A stretch of 33,000 nucleotides of DNA. Source: Octopus bimaculoides (lineage: Eukaryota). Every line of letters starts with the position of its first letter. Position 1 is the stretch's first letter. Location: positions 60,745,660-60,778,659 of the forward strand of contig NC_068984.1 in NCBI RefSeq assembly GCF_001194135.2, given 5' to 3'. The notes below the pieces were generated by a model. The model saw only the letters and a list, made by a program, of their open reading frames with translations. It made no database searches and was not told the DNA's origin. The position numbers and the translations under genes were made by a program. Below, piece by piece: positions 1-11,059 of the stretch.

Positions 1-109
1 AAACAAGATCATATTTGAAAGATAAATTGATTTCGTCAGCAAATTTGTAGAAGTTTTCAACTTTGTCTTGTATGAAATAAGTCTCCACAGTTCTGACATC
101 AATGAAATC
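1..109 (-). CDS. Candidate internal exon running off the window edge, product unknown
   Basis: Strong minus-strand acceptor ttttcttttctgttttag|G at 110-111. Two frames stay open to the edge: DFIDVRTVETYFIQDKVENFYKFADEINLSFKYDLV and ISLMSELWRLISYKTKLKTSTNLLTKSIYLSNMILF. The donor is outside the window. Confidence 0.4.
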
Positions 110-969
110 CTAAAACAGAAAAGAAAACAACAGTTTTTGTATATCCCAAAATCTTTGTATTTAACCATTTTGGCAGTTAAGCAGAACAGATATTTGTCTT
201 GGAGCAATATAATGAGAACTTAATGGTAATTATTTCTAAAAGTGTTTCAATAACTCCTTTAGGCTGATAAATTTTAATTATTGGTTATGGAAATAACTAT
301 ATTGATTGAAATATGAAGTTACACTTAATCACATACAATGCAATTAACAAATGCCATTTGTCTTCTATTCATCACAAATGAACTATTAACAGCTATTATC
401 TTTGCCTTCTCCTACTTATCTCAGGAGACTTTCTATTGTTTTGGATCCATTCCAAAATTTCGAAGAACCATTACTCAACTCCTATCAAGAAATTTCAGCT
501 TATCAGATAAATACATGATTTCAATTAAAAATGCTTTTGTCTAACATACCTAACAGTGATTAGTGACAAATGAATTCTTTAAAAACATAGACTTAACTAA
601 ATCAACACAGAGAGATCTGAAAGGCTATGTAAATGAGGCACTTTCATTTCTCATTTGGTTTACAAATTATAGATTGTCTGAGAGAGCATAGCATAGAAAA
701 GTAGAACAAAAGCAAAAAAGGGAAAACTAAGTTTATGTGTCTGGAAATTGATAGATATTGATCACTTCCTAGGTCTATGCTCAGTACAAGTGTGAAATTG
801 AGATCTTGGGCGACTTTACTATAACTATATCATTACATCAGAGCAAGATAAGGTTAAATATTTAAGGGGATATACTATTGGACTACAGTCTCATAGATAT
901 TGTTTTTAAACCTAGTATGATTACTTTGAGTAATTTCTGTCACTACATTGATTTTTTTAAATAGGTGCA

Positions 970-1142
970 GAACCTCAATTTAGTGGGGAGGTAACATCTA
1001 TTATATTGACACCGATTGTTGACTGGTACTTTATTGATGAAAGGTAAAGTTGATCTTGGAGGGTTTTGAACTCAAAGTGCAGAGGACATTAATTAAATGC
1101 TGTAAGAAATTTTATCTGATGCTCTAATGCTTTTGCTAGTCC
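970..1142 (-). mobile_element. tRNA-derived SINE family 1, decayed
   Basis: Reverse complement of the gagttcaaa...actttacctttcatc...agtaccag core seen in the 6230-6441 copy. Confidence 0.7.
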
Positions 1143-1177
1143 ATAGTCTTAGATCTCTTTATATCTGCTTTAGTAAA

Positions 1178-1345
1178 GGCAGTTGACTGACAGAGTCAGT
1201 GGGGCATTTAACAAAATATCTTGCAGTATATAGATGTGGCTCTTTGCATTCTGAGTTCATACCCACCAAGGTAACTTTGCTTTTTATTCTTCGGTGTGAG
1301 TGGTCAATAAAACAAAGTCCCAATCTATTAGTGGGTTCAATTTAA
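1178..1345 (+). mobile_element. tRNA-derived SINE family 1, decayed
   Basis: ggcagttgactgacagagtc head, ttctgagttca B-box region and aactttgctttt core. Confidence 0.6.
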
Positions 1346-1381
1346 TCAAATATATCCTTTGTCTACAAATATAAATATATA

Positions 1382-1741
1382 TAGGTACAGGTATGGCTGT
1401 GTGGTAAGAAGTATGCTTTGCAACCATATGGATCCAGGTTCAGTGCATGGCACCTTGGGCAAGTGTCTTCTGCTATAGCCTTGCGAGTGGATTTGGTACA
1501 CAGAAACTGAAAGAAGCCTGTCGCGCGTGCACGTGTGTGTGTGTGTTTCTATATGTGCTTGTCCCTCACCACTGCTTGACAACTGGTGTTAGTGTGTTTA
1601 CATTCCCATAGCTTAGTGGTTCAGGAAAAGAGACTTATAGAATAAGCATCTGGATGTAAAAATATAAATACTAAAAATTCCTCAAGGCGGTACCTTGGTA
1701 TGGCCACAGTCTAATGACTGAAACAAGTAAAAGGTAAAAGA
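1382..1741 (+). mobile_element. tRNA-derived SINE family 2
   Basis: A-box-like tggctgtgtggt, B-box-like ggttcagtgc, gcaccttgggcaagtgtcttc, internal (TG)n and tail gactgaaacaagtaaaag. Confidence 0.85.
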
Positions 1742-1959
1742 TATAAAAATTAGGGTTGAAATGTTCCCAGCTTTGGGTAAAAGAAAATACAGGAGGATCA
1801 ATTAATTATGATTTTATTCAGCATATTCCTCTCTCAGATACACACACATATTGTAGAGGTCCTTCATTTTTTCTAATCCCTGTAAAAGAACTCAAAAGAT
1901 TGGGCCTCTAACCCAAGCCTTTTGCAATACCCTTAAAGCCAGGAACTTTTCAGCACCCA

Positions 1960-1965
<6 letters not shown>

Positions 1966-2010
<45 letters not shown>
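1966..2010. repeat. (CA)n; other simple repeats include (TACA)n 2663-2732, (CT)n 5010-5040, (ATC)n 7245-7280, (GA)n 7878-7900, (CT/CTGT)n 9481-9593, (TA)n 12830-12872 and (GATA)n 15158-15230
   Basis: Directly visible. Confidence 0.97.
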
Positions 2011-2012
<2 letters not shown>

Positions 2013-2238
2013 ATACATTTGCACAGGCATGCGTCTATTATACTAAACATTATTATGGGTGCTTGCATATATTATATTTGTCACTGCACTCATAAATTAT
2101 ATTAATTAAATGTATAAAACAACTGCAAATGCCTATCATTGTATGACCAATCTTACATTTATAACAGTGAGTTTAAATGCAATTCTGCATTGGCAGTTAA
2201 TGTAGGGTAGATGACTGTTGGTGAGACTATAGTGATAC

Positions 2239-2303
2239 CTGAACTGGCTGTCAAGTTGATCCCTTTTTGTCTGATCACAATCATATCTGTCTTTTGCAAC
2301 TAT
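2239..2303 (-). CDS. Candidate 65-nt internal exon, product unknown
   Basis: tttattag|ATA...CAG|gtatca; single open frame IVAKDRYDCDQTKRDQLDSQF(R). Its phase-2 end is compatible with the second open frame of the 1-109 candidate. Confidence 0.28.
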
Positions 2304-2529
2304 CTAATAAATATAATTAATTTATGGATGCTGAAATCTCTGATTATACCTCATAGTTAGTTTAAAAAGTAAACATTGTAAGTACATTAGTAATTTGTGT
2401 AACAAGACTCTCATTGCTTACATGTATATACATACATGCAAATGGGCACATCTTGACATGCAACTATATGTGTGAGAATACTTACATAAAACAAGACATA
2501 TAACTCCACACATATATACACATATACGA

Positions 2530-2640
2530 AAATACCCTGTTGATGTTGTTGAAATTCTAATGAAGGAGCCTTGGATCTAGGTTAGAAACTGGTTAGAACT
2601 GGTTAGAAACTTTCTTTATTAGATAAAAACTGAATAATGA
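2530..2640 (+). repeat. Repeat terminus with hammerhead-like boxes (Penelope-like terminus suspected)
   Basis: CTAATGA-agg-agcct-tggatct-aggtt-a-GAAA-ctggtt, followed by (TACA)n from 2663. Confidence 0.4.
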
Positions 2641-2853
2641 CATGCATTCTTGCATGCATGCGTACATACATACATACATACATACATACATACATACATA
2701 CATACATACATACATACATACATACATACATACAAACAAACAAACAAACAAATCGTTTACATTTAGCCTCAATTTAGGTTTTAAAAAAGCCAATGGTAAA
2801 GACTAAATGAAAACAAATTCTGCATGGCTATGTATTCAACATGGTGCTCAAAC

Positions 2854-3169
2854 AATGAAGAGGCTTCAATATGGTTGTTCAACTTGCTAGAAATAGCACT
2901 CAAAATTTCCTCAAATCATGTACTATCATCTTGAAAATAATAAAAAATACTGACAAAAAAAAAAAAGCAACATAGATAATTCAGTCTTTGATGCAGTATG
3001 TCTTTAAAAAATATGACATGGTCATGGCTGGATTGCTTCTGGCCATATGTTTGATTAAGACTGACTTGGAGCTTTTTTTTAATATTTTCAAGATGATAGT
3101 GTATGGTTTGAGGAAATTTTGAGTGCTGTTTCCAGCAAGTTGAATGACCATATTGAAACCATCTTCATT
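2854..3169. repeat. Inverted repeat, arms of about 85 bp (2854-2938 and 3083-3169), loop of about 144 nt
   Basis: Hand alignment gives 8 substitutions and 1 indel. The arms belong to a dispersed repeat family with more diverged copies at about 14880-15040, 29270-29450 and 30640-30720. Confidence 0.9.
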
Positions 3170-3509
3170 ATGTGCCTCAATGAGCCTAAGAGCTATATCA
3201 GCAGAGTGTAAGTTCCTAGTAGGGTCTCTCATATTGGACAGGCAAAAGGTAGGGGCCAAATTAATACGGACCACCTCTTCTCAGAAGTAAAAATGGGTTT
3301 GTTTAGGGGCAACATCTCTACCTAGAAAAAAACGCCAAGTTACAGGAACATTGATGATAATTCAGAATCATCAAAAGGAAGGCCTCATGGAAGCAGAAAA
3401 GATAGCCCAGAGTCAAGAAGGGGGGGGGGAGAAAAGTCAGTGATAGCCTTCGTTCCCTAAAAGAGAGAAGGGTTTAAGTAAAGTCAGTATTTGTAGCAAA
3501 TTAAGGAAC

Positions 3510-3965
3510 TCTTTTACTCTTTTGCTCATTTCAATCATTTAACTGGGGCCATGCTAGAGCACTGCATTGAATGGTTTTAGTTGAACAAATCAACCCTGGG
3601 ACTTATTCTTTGTCAGCCTAATACTTATTCTATCAGTCTCTTTTGCCAAACCACCAAGTTACAAGGACGTAAACACACTAACATCAGTTGTCAAGCAGTG
3701 ATGGCGAGGGGGGGGGGGACAAACNNNNNNNNNNATGGCGAGGGGGGGGGGGACAAACACAGACACAAAGACACTTACACATAGATACATGCATGTATAT
3801 GACAAGCTTCTTTCAGTTTCCATCTATCAAATCCACTCACGAGGCTTTGGTTGGCCCAAACCTATAGCAGAAAATAATTGCCTCAGGTGCCACACAGTGG
3901 GACTGAACTCAGAACCATGTAGTTGAGAAGTAAATTTCTTACCACAGAGCCATGGCTGCACCTAT
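3510..3965 (-). mobile_element. SINE family 2, spanning a 10-N gap
   Basis: Reverse complement of the 1382-1741 copy (gggactgaactcagaaccatg...cttaccacagagcca). Confidence 0.85.
3725..3734. other. Assembly gap; others at 4313-4350, 8710-8849, 10560-10682 and 23359-23368
   Basis: Runs of N. The sequence atggcgagggggggggggacaaac is repeated on both sides of this gap, indicating an unmerged contig overlap. Confidence 0.99.
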
Positions 3966-4199
3966 GTCACTGAGATACTCTCCACTGACTCTGATCCCTT
4001 GTTAGCATGGATCCTTATCAGGTCCCTTATTGGCTTGTATTAGCCGAGGCTGCTCTGAATGGCATGTTAGTCAAGACCAGCAACTTTTAACAATCCGAGA
4101 AGTCTGAATATGAAAAATTAGCTAAACTGTAGCATTCAAGCTAGAAAAAGAAAAAAATATGCATTTATACAATATACAACATACACATACACAAATGCA

Positions 4200-4217
4200 C
4201 AAAACATACACACACAC

Positions 4218-4263
<46 letters not shown>

Positions 4264-4350
4264 TTGTATATATATGTATATATATTTTTATATCTATGTA
4301 TACATATATATANNNNNNNNNNNNNNNNNNNNNNNNNNNNNNNNNNNNNN

Positions 4351-4391
<41 letters not shown>

Positions 4392-4680
4392 TATATGTAT
4401 ATATATGTGTGTGTGTGTATATATGTATGTAAAGATATATATATATATTAATATATATATGTACATATATATATAAATATATATGTATATATATATGTGT
4501 GTATATATATATGTATATAAAGATATATATATATATATATATATATATAGATAAATATATATATGTACATATATGTATAAATATATATGTATATATATAT
4601 ATGTGTGTGTATATGTATGTAACGATATATATATATATATACACATATATATATGTACACGACATACAAAAATACATACA
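4200..4680. repeat. Compound (TA)n/(TG)n microsatellite with a gap
   Basis: Directly visible; source of the poly-IY pseudo-ORFs. Confidence 0.97.
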
Positions 4681-5002
4681 TAAATACAACACCCTCACAG
4701 ATGGCCATGCACTTATAGAGTAGGATATAAACTGCTGATCAATAAATACATGTAATCCTTTATGAGAGGTGAGGCAGTTTTTACCTGATTTCTCTACTTT
4801 GATTAATGTTTGACGAGCAATTCACAATTTTCCAACTCATTCCAACTCTACTCAATATAATCAGCTTTGCACCTCAATTTCTCCAATAACTGTCAACACA
4901 TAACTGAAAAGGTTTTCTGGGGTGGAGGATGAGGAGGATGGGGTGGAGCAGGAGGAATAGTCAATGGAGAGGGTGACATTTGTGAACGAGAATAACAATT
5001 TC

Positions 5003-5048
<46 letters not shown>

Positions 5049-5804
5049 AATATTTTAGGGTTTCCTCCCTATCACCATCCAATCTTCACTCCTATTTTCA
5101 CACCCCCAAAGTAAAAGAGAGACAGAAGAAAATTTCTTGGCACTTGTCCCATATATATTAAGTTTAAAACTAATTTTGCATCACTAGGGTATTATCTTTT
5201 GTCGTGTCGAGGAGAAAAAAAAACAACAACAAATCAACAAAATCCATAGAAAAAAAAACAACAACAAAGCACACATGTACACACACATAAAAAAAGGAAA
5301 AGATATATAACATTTATATTTTATGTCTTCACAGATCAATAGGTAGGTTTTTATTAATGGTCATAGCACCTTTACCTGTTGCCATTTATAATTTAATGAC
5401 ATAAGTTGCTTGAATAGAGCAGTGCTGTAATAAGAGTAATACCAGTCAACAACTTTTTACAGTCAGGTGTTGACAAATGGCACTCTACTTTAGACCTTTT
5501 GATGTTTCCAGTCTCAATATGTATGTATTAGAAAAGTTCAGCTGCAAATTGTAAATGTAAATGGACTGTTCTACCACTGCTTATAGCCATTCTAACCCTA
5601 GAGCTGTTTACAAGTATGCACTTTAATATATCTCTACAATGATTGGTTTTGTTTTTTTATTTAATTTTATTTTTTACTTCATTTTAGTTCTTCTAGTCCC
5701 ATAACTGTCCCTGCACCTTATTATTAATATTTACCTCCTCCTCTTCCTCCTCCTCCTCATCATCATCATCACCACCACCACCATCGTTGTTGTTGTTATT
5801 ATTT

Positions 5805-6441
5805 AAGGCAGTGAACTGGCAAAATTGCTTAACTTGTCAGACAAACTGCTTAGTGGCATTTAGTTGATCTTTACGTTCCGAGTTCAAATTTCACCGAGGT
5901 TGACTTTTCCTTTCATTCTTTCAGGGTTCGATAGAATAAGCACCTGTTAAGGACTGAGGTTGATGTAGTCAATTAATCCTCCCCCCTTCCCAAATTGCTG
6001 GCCTCGTGCCTGGAATAGAAAGGAGCTGGCAAAATTATTATTATCTGTTTTCGTGTTCTGAGTTCAAATTTCACCAAAATGAACGTTCTTTTTCATCCTT
6101 TCAGGGTTAATAAAATAAGCACCAGTTGAGCATTGGGGATTAATTGTAATCAGCTAGTCCCCTTCTTTAGATTTCAGGCCTTGTGCCAATAGCAGAAAGA
6201 TTTGTTCTTATTTTTAAAGTAGCAAAGGCAGGAAGCTGGCAGAATCATTAGCATGCTGGGTGAAATGCTTAATGGTATTTCACCTGTTGCTACGTTCTGA
6301 GTTCAAATTCCGCCGAGGTCGACTTTGCCTTTCATCCTTTCGGGGTCGATAAATTAAGTACCAGTGAAACACTGGGGTCAATGTAATCGACTTATCTCCT
6401 CCACCAAAATGGCTGCCTTTGTGGCAAAGTTTGAAACCATT
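5805..6441 (+). mobile_element. Three head-to-tail SINE family 1 copies (about 5805-6022, 6024-6200, 6230-6441)
   Basis: Repeated gagttcaaatt(t/c)c(a/g)cc...ttcatcctttc(a/g)gggt..ataaa.taag.accag. The third copy retains its CpGs and looks youngest. Confidence 0.9.
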
Positions 6442-6483
6442 ACACAGTGTTACAAAATTAAATTTTTTTTTGTCTTTAATCAG

Positions 6484-6920
6484 TAAGTGTAATTTCTTAT
6501 TTGCTTCTATTTAGAAACCAAAAGAAATAACTATTGTTCCCTTCAAACGTTGCTTTTGTCACCTGAACATCAATGTTCTGAAACTGACCTATTTTTCATT
6601 GCATTTCAGACAGATTCACTGCTGAGTTGCTAAAGCAGAAATATCTTTATTCTGCTCCACACCACAGATTTGCTTGTCAGTTGCTTGATCTTAATAGATC
6701 AAGCAACTTACAAGCAATTGACACTTGAGTATGTCTCTTAGTGCCTGACAATATGGGCATCTCTGATGATTAGCAGGAGAAGTGGGGGTGCATCACAGCC
6801 ATGTGTTGAGAGGGATTCTTTGGGGGGTTTGAATAAATGTAACAAAAGCAAAATTCAAAGGAAATATTAGCCATTTTTCATACATTCTATGGATAAGCAA
6901 ATAGGAAATAACAGTTGCTA
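6484..6920 (+). mobile_element. Non-autonomous element with subterminal inverted repeats (strand is arbitrary reference orientation)
   Basis: gtaatttcttatttgctt (6489-6506) versus aagcaaataggaaataac (6895-6912), 16/18 complementary. A second copy lies in reverse at 20585-20990. Confidence 0.75.
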
Positions 6921-6960
6921 CCCAAGGACAGAAATCATATTACACTGTGTTATTCTTAAG

Positions 6961-7170
6961 ATGGCAAGCTGGCAGAATCTTTGACATACTGGACAAAATG
7001 CTTAGTGGCATATCATCCATCTTTACATTCTGATTTTAAATTCTTCCAAAGTTGACTTAATGTTTCATCTATTCAGGGTTGATAAAATAAGTACCAGTCA
7101 TGTACTGGGGTTGATGTAGTTAACTCCCCATGTTCCGTCAAAAACTTCAGGCCCTGTGCCAAAAATTATT
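6961..7170 (+). mobile_element. SINE family 1
   Basis: atggcaagctggcagaatc head and core; tail runs into (TTA)n. Confidence 0.85.
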
Positions 7171-7242
7171 ATTATTACTGTTATCATTATCTTTGTTATT
7201 ATTATCATTGCCATCACCATCATTGTCACCACCATTTTCATT

Positions 7243-7274
<32 letters not shown>

Positions 7275-7289
7275 TATCATCATTTTGCT

Positions 7290-7495
7290 TTTGTTTGAAA
7301 TATAGGCATTAGGTCTGAAATTTAAAGGATGGGCTAAGTTAATTGCATCGACTCCAGTACTTGACTGACTGGTACTTTATTTTAGTAATCCCTGAGAGTA
7401 TAAAAGGCAAAGTTGATCTTGATAGCATTTGAACTTAGAACACAAAGAACTAGAAGAAATACTACCAAGCATTTTGTTTGACCTGCTAATGATTC
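7290..7495 (-). mobile_element. SINE family 1
   Basis: ctggtactttat...aaggcaaagttgatc...tttgaactta is the reverse complement of the core. Confidence 0.8.
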
Positions 7496-7671
7496 ATCAT
7501 CTGTAATATAAATAGTGTCCAGAGGTTGTGCTGTGAAATAGTTGAAGGGAGAAGCAAAATGGGGTAGGAGTAGGGGAGAAAGAGAGAGAGTCAAACAGAG
7601 GGAAGAGTATTTAGCTGAGGAGGATGTGGTAGTTGTAAGAAGTAAGGGTGCTATTATATTGATATCAAGTT

Positions 7672-7860
7672 TTGACACAAGGCGAGCTATTTTGGGGTAG
7701 GGGTAAATTAGTTGTATTGACCCCAGTGTTCAACTGCTTCTTGTTTTATCGACCCCATAAGAATGAAAGGTAAAGTTGACCTCGGTGGAATTTGAACTCA
7801 GAACGTAAGGATGGACGAAATGCTGCCAAGCATTTTGCCCAACATGCTAACAGTTCTTTC
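7672..7860 (-). mobile_element. SINE family 1
   Basis: aaagttgacctcggtggaatttgaactcagaacgtaa, reverse complement of the core. Confidence 0.85.
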
Positions 7861-7877
7861 AATGCTTGGTTTCAGCA

Positions 7878-7909
<32 letters not shown>

Positions 7910-8182
7910 TGAAGGAGTAAGGAGAGATAGAGGGAAAAGAATTACTGAAGAGAATATGGTAAAGTCAGAATAGAGGAACACTACAGACATATAGTCACAC
8001 AGACACACACACGCACACATGATATATTGTGACCAGTAGCAGTTGTTAAAGTACCAGTGGTGCTATCAGTAGGGATATTTGTTAATGAAGATGGAAGTGA
8101 TGAAAAGTGTAGTGTTTTATTATTGAACTGTTTTTTAAAATCATCAATCACTTAATTCCCATGTTTTTGTACAATTAATTTT

Positions 8183-9400
8183 CATCCACTAAATCAAACC
8201 TGTTATATCTGTCTCTTTGTTTTTCGTATTATTCTACTCCTGTTTGTATATGTAACATTAATTAGGGAACAAAAACAAAATCATAGGCATAAAATTTACA
8301 TTAACACTCTCAGACCTAGGCCACTGTGCCCATCTTTACCTACCACCCGGGCTCCCGAGCTGAAAAAAATTAATAGTTTTCATCCGCTAAATCAGACCTG
8401 GGATCTTTCTGATTTGACGGGCAACACTTGTTTTCTTAACGAAACACTTTCAAACTTGGGATACTGGTAGAATGTGTCATATAAAACATCTTTTTCTCTT
8501 AGCTTTCTTAACAAAAATTTATATATTGCAAGTTATTTCATGTTAAAGTTGTCGTATTTCTGTAATTTCAACCAATCACTAACGTCTATTCAGCTGAATA
8601 CAGTTACTGCTGTTTTTATAAACAATAATTTTTGCCAGTGTCAAGAGTGTTATTCCCTGTTTAATTATATCATTATTCCCTAGTAAGGGTTTAGGGTTTT
8701 AAGGTTAGGNNNNNNNNNNNNNNNNNNNNNNNNNNNNNNNNNNNNNNNNNNNNNNNNNNNNNNNNNNNNNNNNNNNNNNNNNNNNNNNNNNNNNNNNNNN
8801 NNNNNNNNNNNNNNNNNNNNNNNNNNNNNNNNNNNNNNNNNNNNNNNNNTCTAAAACCTGAACCCTAACCCTAAAACCCTACAGCTAAAACCAGTACAAA
8901 CGCACGAACGATGTCATAAATAAGAGTAACACGGGTAGTTGTTGTTGACAAACAACGGCATTAATTTTATTCAAGGGAAAAGATCCCATGACACCGTTGT
9001 TTACATTCCACGGCAGTAATTGTTTTCACCTCAATAGACATCAGTGATTGGTTGAAATTACCGAAATACGACAATTATTTACATGAAATAACTTCGAATA
9101 CAAAAAATTTTATCTGTTCTATAACACAAAATATACAAGTATACGAAGTTTGAAAGTGTTTCGGTACGAAAAACACTACATAAAACATAAATGAAAAGTG
9201 TTGCCGGTCAAATCAGAAAGATCCCAGACCTGTTATATCTGTCTCTGTCTTTAGTATAATTCTACTCCTGTCGGTATATGTAACATTAAGTAGGGAACAA
9301 GATCATAGGCATAGAATATACATTAACACTCTCAGACCTGGGTCACTGTGCCTATCTTTACCTGCCACCCGGACTCCTGAGCAGAAAAAATTAATAGTTG
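8183..9400 (+). repeat. Tandem duplication of about 200 bp; the second copy is interrupted by the 8400-9225 element
   Basis: catccactaaatcaaacctgttatatctgtctct...aaaaattaatagtt (8183-8380) recurs as 8381-8399 plus 9226-9400. Confidence 0.9.
8400..9225. mobile_element. Foldback/MITE-like DNA element with 29-bp TIRs, long imperfect arms and a telomere-like centre
   Basis: gggatctttctgatttgacgggcaacact (8400-8428) versus agtgttgccggtcaaatcagaaagatccc (9197-9225), 28/29 complementary. Flanked by the direct repeat agacct (8394-8399, 9226-9231). Confidence 0.85.
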
Positions 9401-9543
9401 CACACAAAGCTCAAGAGCAACAATTGCAAGCAAACTGATAGAGAGAATCACAAAAATATTCAGAAGAATAACAATAATAGGTCTGTCTCTCTGTCTCTCT
9501 GTCTCTCTCTCTCTGTCTCTCTGTCTGTCTGTCTCTCTCTCTG

Positions 9544-9598
<55 letters not shown>

Positions 9599-10528
9599 AT
9601 TTGTTCACATGAATCACTACTTTTCTCATCACTTTCACCAGTTTCATTGCCTGAATCACTCTCATTGTCTGTGTAAGGATAAACTCTTCATCTGAAGAAT
9701 GAACATCATCAATGGTTTCCTCAACTGTAAAGAATCTAGGCCTTACTTATTTCCAGATGCAGTGTTGGGTTCATCACACATGTGTTTTATCACAAAAAGC
9801 TGTTTTTTTTTTCAATTAAAAACATCAGTAAACGATAATTATGGAGGATGCCATTAACAATGAATCGTAAACACTTGACCACAAAGCTGCAACATGATTG
9901 GTTGTCTATTTCTAGTAGTCTCTTCTTTTTTATGTGTATTATTCATTACTGCTTTAATAAGAATCTGGTAGAGATTATTTTAAAGCTATTCCCACTATAC
10001 CAGGATTCCAGGAACATGGCACAATAGGGTTAATTGTATGATAAGTTACTGATAAACTATGGGAAGAAATCAAAGATATGTCCTTTTAGAAATGTAACAT
10101 TTATATTATATTACTTGTGAGACAATTGACTGTTAAATATATATTACTAGAGAAGTATTATTTTATTTATTTAGTTTACTGGTTATTGCATTGTTATCAA
10201 GCTGGGGATTGATTTAGCATTTCAACCCCAGTATTAAGTTTATTAAGCTTGGTATTTATTTTAACAATGTATATTTGTTGAACTGTTATTGTGCTGATGC
10301 TTTGAATTCTCTGTAGGGTGGTTAGGAAATGTATAGAGAAAGTATTGTGTCAAGAGGACCCTTGAGTTTGCTGTTGCTGAAGACATGATGATTTGTGTAG
10401 TGCCAGTGTCATCATAAAATGTACTCAGTACTTTCCGTAAAACGATTGGTGATAGGGTAGGATGATGGTCACCCCTTTCTCTCTCTTCCCCTCATGCTCT
10501 CTATATGTATATATGTGTATATATATGA

Positions 10529-10559
<31 letters not shown>

Positions 10560-10682
10560 NNNNNNNNNNNNNNNNNNNNNNNNNNNNNNNNNNNNNNNNN
10601 NNNNNNNNNNNNNNNNNNNNNNNNNNNNNNNNNNNNNNNNNNNNNNNNNNNNNNNNNNNNNNNNNNNNNNNNNNNNNNNNNN

Positions 10683-10970
10683 ATTGCCAGTGGCCCTGGA
10701 CTGGCTCTTGTGCGAGTGGCACATAAAATACACCATTTTGAGCGTGGCCGTTGCCAGTACTGCCTGACTGGCCTTCGTATGGGTGACACGTAAAAACACC
10801 CACTACACTCTCTGAGTGGTTGGCGTTAGGAAGGGCATCCAGCTGTAGAAACTCTGCCAAATCAGATTGGAGCCTGGTGTAGCCATCCGGTTTCACCAGT
10901 CCTCAGTCAAATCGTCCAACTCATGCTAGCATGGAAAGCGGACGTTAAACGATGATGATGATGATGATGA
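10683..10970 (+). mobile_element. SINE/LINE 3' end with (GAT)n tail
   Basis: ggcgttaggaagggcatccagctgtagaaac...catgctagcatggaaagcggacgttaaacgatgatgat. Related copies at about 12110-12245 (+) and 13085-13420 (-). Confidence 0.8.
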
Positions 10971-11059
10971 TTTATTTATATATAATAACATAAATAATAT
11001 ATAGATATATGCATATATCCATACATATATGTACATATCTGCATCTATATGTATACATA

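Noticed and set aside
338-544. 68-aa + strand ORF
   Set aside because: No recognisable homology or splice context; expected by chance in AT-rich DNA.
550-616. Minus-strand segment with good acceptor (ctttcag) and donor (gtatgt)
   Set aside because: All three frames contain a stop; the best frame ends in TAG exactly at the donor.
1382-1460. tRNA genes or CRISPR-like regular repeats
   Set aside because: The tRNA-like boxes are SINE heads without a cloverleaf, and no repeat-spacer array exists. The recurring motifs are dispersed SINE cores.
3700-3760. Direct repeat atggcgagggggggggggacaaac
   Set aside because: It flanks a 10-N gap exactly; assembly overlap artefact.
4122-4723. Long ORFs of 74-174 aa rich in IY/HT
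   Set aside because: Translations of (TA)n/(CA)n microsatellites spanning an N gap; the same applies to the ORFs at 10425-10896, 12692-12913 and 16011-16256.
5335-5342. 8-nt microexon-like cag|ATCAATAG|gtaggt, echoing the INS start of a PDSS2 exon
   Set aside because: Too short to be significant, frameshifting, and no matching continuation was found.
8686-8880. True telomere or chromosome-fusion scar
   Set aside because: The repeats are short, degenerate and enclosed by transposon TIRs and a target duplication.
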